Positions 32,926-37,413 of a stretch of 37,413 bases of DNA are shown here, piece after piece; within the stretch, counting starts at the first letter, position 1, and each line of letters begins with the position of its first letter. Position numbers and translations under genes: made by a program. The notes under the pieces were generated by a model. That model did no database searches, was not told the DNA's origin, and saw only the letters and a program-made list of their open reading frames with translations. The stretch comes from Octopus bimaculoides (taxonomy: Eukaryota), in contig NC_068982.1 in the NCBI RefSeq assembly GCF_001194135.2, forward strand, positions 119,692,362 through 119,729,774. The letters are read 5' to 3'.

Positions 32926-33828
32926 CAGAAGCATTATTAAAACCAAAAAGTAACCTGTGCAGCCAACTGGACATGACTGTCTTGTCTGGACGCCAGATAC
33001 CACGTTATTAGCCTTTAGAAATTATTTTATATTGGCGCTTAGTGCATAAGAGCATGACAGACGATTCTCGTCTGCTACGATTTGTGTGTGTGTGCTTTTA
33101 TGCACCAAGCATATATGCATGTATATATATGATAGACAACTTTCCTTTGTTACACACTATGAGTTTGCTTTTTATTCACCACCAAGTGCCTATGTGATAG
33201 GATCTGTCAAGGATAATAACGCAGCATTCGGTATTTTAAGACATCAATGTTCAGTTTGAAATGAAGGTTCCCTCTCGGTACTGCTTCCGTTGCTAATAAC
33301 TAAAGTGTTTTTAAATTTTCGCAATATATAAGGTTGAGTTTTTTGTAGCTGGACAGATAATTTTGTTTGTGATAATCGCAATGAATAAGGTGAAAGCACT
33401 TTTTTACCTGTGTTTATTCGTTGTGGTACCGTCGTAGAGTCCGAGCATTTATAAAATGGAGATATTTTAACCTTTGGAAGTTCCATTCCAGCCCATATTA
33501 TTATGTGTTCACTTAAGGCCTTTCGCGATACCCTTAAATCCTGGATCTTTTTAGAAATCCTAATCCCCTTTATGAGAGCGCGTGCAACTAAATATCGAAT
33601 ACCTTATAAAGAGTATTTAACTCTTACTAACATTCTACATTGAATGCCAAAATGGCTACATTAAAATATCTTTGAGCTGCCAGAGGACAAGGTTCAGCTA
33701 GCCACTCCTCTTATATGTATGAATAGTATTTCCATCAATGCATCTGTCTAGAGCAACCTTTTATTTCAACAGTAACTTGTCGCTGAAATTCCTAACACTC
33801 CCTACCTTAACTGCTTAAAAGCCAGAGC

Positions 33829-34205
33829 AGGTGCAATGACCCAGTGGTTAGGGCAGCGGACTCATGGTCGTAGGATCGCGGTTTCAATTCCCAGACCGGG
33901 TGTTGTGAGTGTTTATTGAGCGAAAACACCTAAAGTTCCACGAGGCTCCAGCAGGGGATGGTGGCGAACCCTGTTGGACTCTTTCACCACGACTTTCTCT
34001 CACTCTTTCTTCCTGTTTCTGTTGTACCTGTATTTCAAAGGGCCAGCCTTGTCACACTCTGCGTCATGTTGAATCTCCCCGAGAACTATGTTAAGGGTAC
34101 ACGCATCTGTGGAGTGCTCAGCGACTTGCACGTTAATTTCACGAGCAGGCTGTTCCGTTGATCGGATCGACTGGAACCCTTGTTGTCGTAACCGACGGAG
34201 TGCCA
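33829..34205 (+). mobile_element. tRNA-derived SINE family B, full-length copy
   Basis: A-box tgacccagtggttagg, B-box ggtttcaattccc, ~375 bp, 3' end ...gtcgtaaccgacggagtgcca; aligns with 19931-20301 on the minus strand. Confidence 0.9.
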
Positions 34206-34615
34206 CCAGACCAAAAGCCATCTTTTTTTTTTCTTTTTCTCTTATATTTTGGCGAGTTACCTGATACAAAGCAACAGAAATTCCCGATTTTCATAAGATA
34301 TATTAATATTATAAACAGTGTTCGAGTATTATTAATATATTCGTTTGAAATGTCCAGACACTTGGTTGTAACATGTTATGTAATGTAAGTTAATAATATT
34401 TAATACATTNNNNNNNNNNNNNNNNNNNNNNNNNNNNNNNNNNNNNNNNNNNNNNNNNNNNNNNNNNNNNNNNNNNNNNNNNNNNNNNNNNNNNNNNNNN
34501 NNNNNNNNNNNNNNNNNNNNNNNNNNNNNNNNNNNNNNNNNNNNNNNNNNNNNNNNNNNNNNNNNNNNNNNNNNNNNNNNNNNNNNNNNNNNNNNNNNNN
34601 NNNNNNNNNNNNNNN

Positions 34616-34678
<63 letters not shown>
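34616..34678. repeat. (TG)n microsatellite beside an assembly gap
   Basis: Read directly. Confidence 0.95.
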
Positions 34679-34686
<8 letters not shown>

Positions 34687-37413
34687 CCACAGATGAGATC
34701 CAGAGATTCTCATTATAGAAGACACTTAGTAGTGTTCAAAAGATTCAAACTTACACTCAGATGTCTTTACAGGGGATCAATTCCACAGGCTAACAAATGG
34801 CTATAAGAGGGATCAAATTGAGTAGATATACAAGCAAATTATGCGGATAAGGAAATCAGATATATTGAATAATCGTTTGGTATAAAATAGTTTGGGTATA
34901 ACATGCAAAATATGTATATATGTATATATGCAAAACGAGAGGAAGCAAAAAGTGGATACTTTCGGACAACGAATATTTGAGAATAAATATATTAGTATCT
35001 ATTTATATTAAGGGCGTTACTATACATATATGCCTCACGCTACCAAAATGAATACAGTGTATTTATTATGGTAGTTTTCACTTTAAGAGTCCCTCATAGC
35101 GTGAAGCATTTATGTATAGTAATGTCCTTAATATATATAAATATATTTAAAGGAAATAATTAAAAATATTTCCATTATGAGGTCTTTCAAGCTGACTACT
35201 TGATAAAGTCTTAAAAAGATTTTATCCTATTTTAAACTTTTATATTAGTATTTATATTCATAGATCCAACTAACACACAATACAAAGAGTAGAGAAAATT
35301 AAAAGGGTGGAATAAAAGTGTTTCTTGGCGCTCGGAGATGCATGATAATGTTGGTAGATGTAGTTCATCACAATATGCAGCCTAATGAATGCAATCAACT
35401 TTGGATAAGACGAGTCTCCGTCACCAGCGTAGAAAAATCTTACATTTTGGATGTTAATGCAGAGAAGTTCAAGCGTAGAATGGTTAAATGTGGAGAGTAC
35501 AACACAAATATTTTTGAAATGCCTGAAACAGTGAAGGAAGGTCTGCGCCCACTATCAATTCCAAAGCTTCCGAATCTAGCGGAGGAAATGTAGTATCCTT
35601 AGAGTGAGTCAAAGTGTGAAAAATTGTAATAGAATCTATTTATTAAATGAGCCTAAAAGACGGGTAGCATTGCTAAAGAAAGTGAAGGAACAGTAAACCC
35701 TGCCTTCAGAAAAATATACTCTCTATCATCAGGATTCTGCAGTTTCAACTTTCCTAATTCAACTAAGAAGATTATGGTGGAAGACAGTTGTTCAACTTAC
35801 CACAGGGTGGGATTGAATCCTAAACTACATAGTTAAAAGGCTGGAAATATCTAAATTATACCATGATTAGACAATATAAACTATATGATAATTCAGTATA
35901 AATCATATGATAAACCAATATGAATTACATGAAATCTCACTATTTTGTATGATAAATCAATATAAATCCTACCGCAAATCAATAGAAATATGTTTCGATA
36001 AATCAATATAAGTTATATGTAAAAATCGATATTTATCCTACGACAATCCATAAAAATTTTAAGATAAATCCATATAAATCGCATTACTCCATGTTTAAAC
36101 AGGTGTGTGTGGATTTAAGAAGTTCACATCACAAATATGTAGATCTTATTTCAATTCCTTTGTGTGGCACATTGAACATCCGTCCTATATCATAGCCGCT
36201 GTTCACCAGAATGTGTTATTTGAATCATAAAATATATGGAATGGAGGTGGAGGAACAGGTCCTGATTTTGAACGATAGGCTTAGTCCGATACACGGTTTA
36301 AAAAATGACTTAGCCTTAAGCGTTTTACCACACTTCTCTCAGTTACATGTATTTAAGTTTAAACCATTATATAAAGAAGAATGTCATAGGTTCAATGATT
36401 TTATGATACCGCTTTGTGCCTGTTGGTAGAGATGAATATAAACCAAAAGAAGTTCTTTATGAAGAAAGGTGTTTGCTATTTTTTTTTGCTATTTTTCGAT
36501 TTTGTTTTGTCTTTTCTTTTTAGCCAACTAACAAAACTGTGATAAAAAGTCGCATCTTCCTCTAATCTCCCTTTATTCTTCTGTAGTAGTATTCAAAATT
36601 TGAAGAACTAAAATTTTCGTAATTGTGACGAGCGGCTGAACTGAGCCTTAGTGCATACACGTATAAAGATATCACAGGTTAGGAAACACAGTTGTAGAGT
36701 TTCTGTTTAAGATCGAGATATTGAATGCCAAATTTCTCCGAGTTGAGCAAGAGATTCCGAAGACTACAGGAACATTCATTAATTTTGTTTTCCAAGATGA
36801 GTCTACGCTTTGCTATCTGTATAAAGCTAAGTTAAATAAACATTTTCATTCTAATGTTTATTACATAGCTACGAGATTATAAAAAACTTTACTGCTTTAT
36901 TCTACATTGTTCCAGACCTAACACCAAGAACTAAGTCAACTAAGAGAAATTGCTATGCGGATTTGAATAAAATTTCTGAGAATTGATTTTCCAATAACCT
37001 TTCCACTCATCTATTATTGCAAGATTATTCATGCAAAGATAAATATTAGATATAGGGTGAATATTTCTCGTACAGATACACAATTAAGTCACGTTAATAT
37101 CTATAATGTTAAGCACGATGAAATTAATAAATAGCTTGTAAGAAATTATGATCATTAATTAATTTAGAAGTTTAAATGAGTTAATTAACTTAGGAGGATA
37201 CAGAACAATTTCAGATTGTGATGTTAGAATAAAAGAATAATCAAATTTCACTGAGACAGTTGTTCAATAATCTGTTAAGGCAGACAACAGCTGCAGTCGT
37301 TATATATATACATGTGTGTGTGTGTGCGTGTTTGTTTGTGTGTGTACACACGCATCACACATATCTATAATTGTGTATGTACATACAAATATATATATAT
37401 ATATATATATATA

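Noticed and set aside
33829-33900. tRNA genes at SINE heads (also 5201, 13392, 16051, 20301)
   Set aside because: A/B-box-like motifs continue into repeated SINE bodies and no complete cloverleaf is evident.
35318-35593. 91-aa ORF in a GC-richer patch, possibly an exon or PLE N-terminus
   Set aside because: Non-ATG start and no recognisable motif in any frame; could not be assigned without a database search.

Overview
Eukaryotic, AT-rich, repeat-saturated non-coding DNA from a draft assembly. Eight N-gaps (7662-7882, 11175-11464, 14289-14409, 16215-16247, 20986-21390, 26241-26778, 27470-27719, 34410-34615), most abutting microsatellites. The SINE families and microsatellite load resemble octopus/cephalopod DNA; this is recognition from memory, not a database result. 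I find no intact host gene, and most long ORFs in the track are microsatellite or N-gap artefacts. The window is dominated by decayed transposons: (i) at least five R4/Dong-clade restriction-like-endonuclease (RLE) non-LTR retrotransposon pieces, including a near full-length copy on the minus strand (~8300-13100) flanked by (TATG)n-type tracts, with a degenerate HDV-like ribozyme fold at its 5' end and a HERO-like RLE element nested in it; (ii) a DD34D mariner; (iii) an RTE-clade LINE 3' end; (iv) Penelope-like remnants; (v) four tRNA-derived SINE families; (vi) two long-armed foldback/MITE-like elements; (vii) a ~550-bp non-coding repeat sitting in (AAT)n tracts. A heavily eroded, apparently intronless NMDA-type glutamate receptor pseudogene may lie at ~21987-22535 (minus strand). 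All identities and alignments were done by eye.
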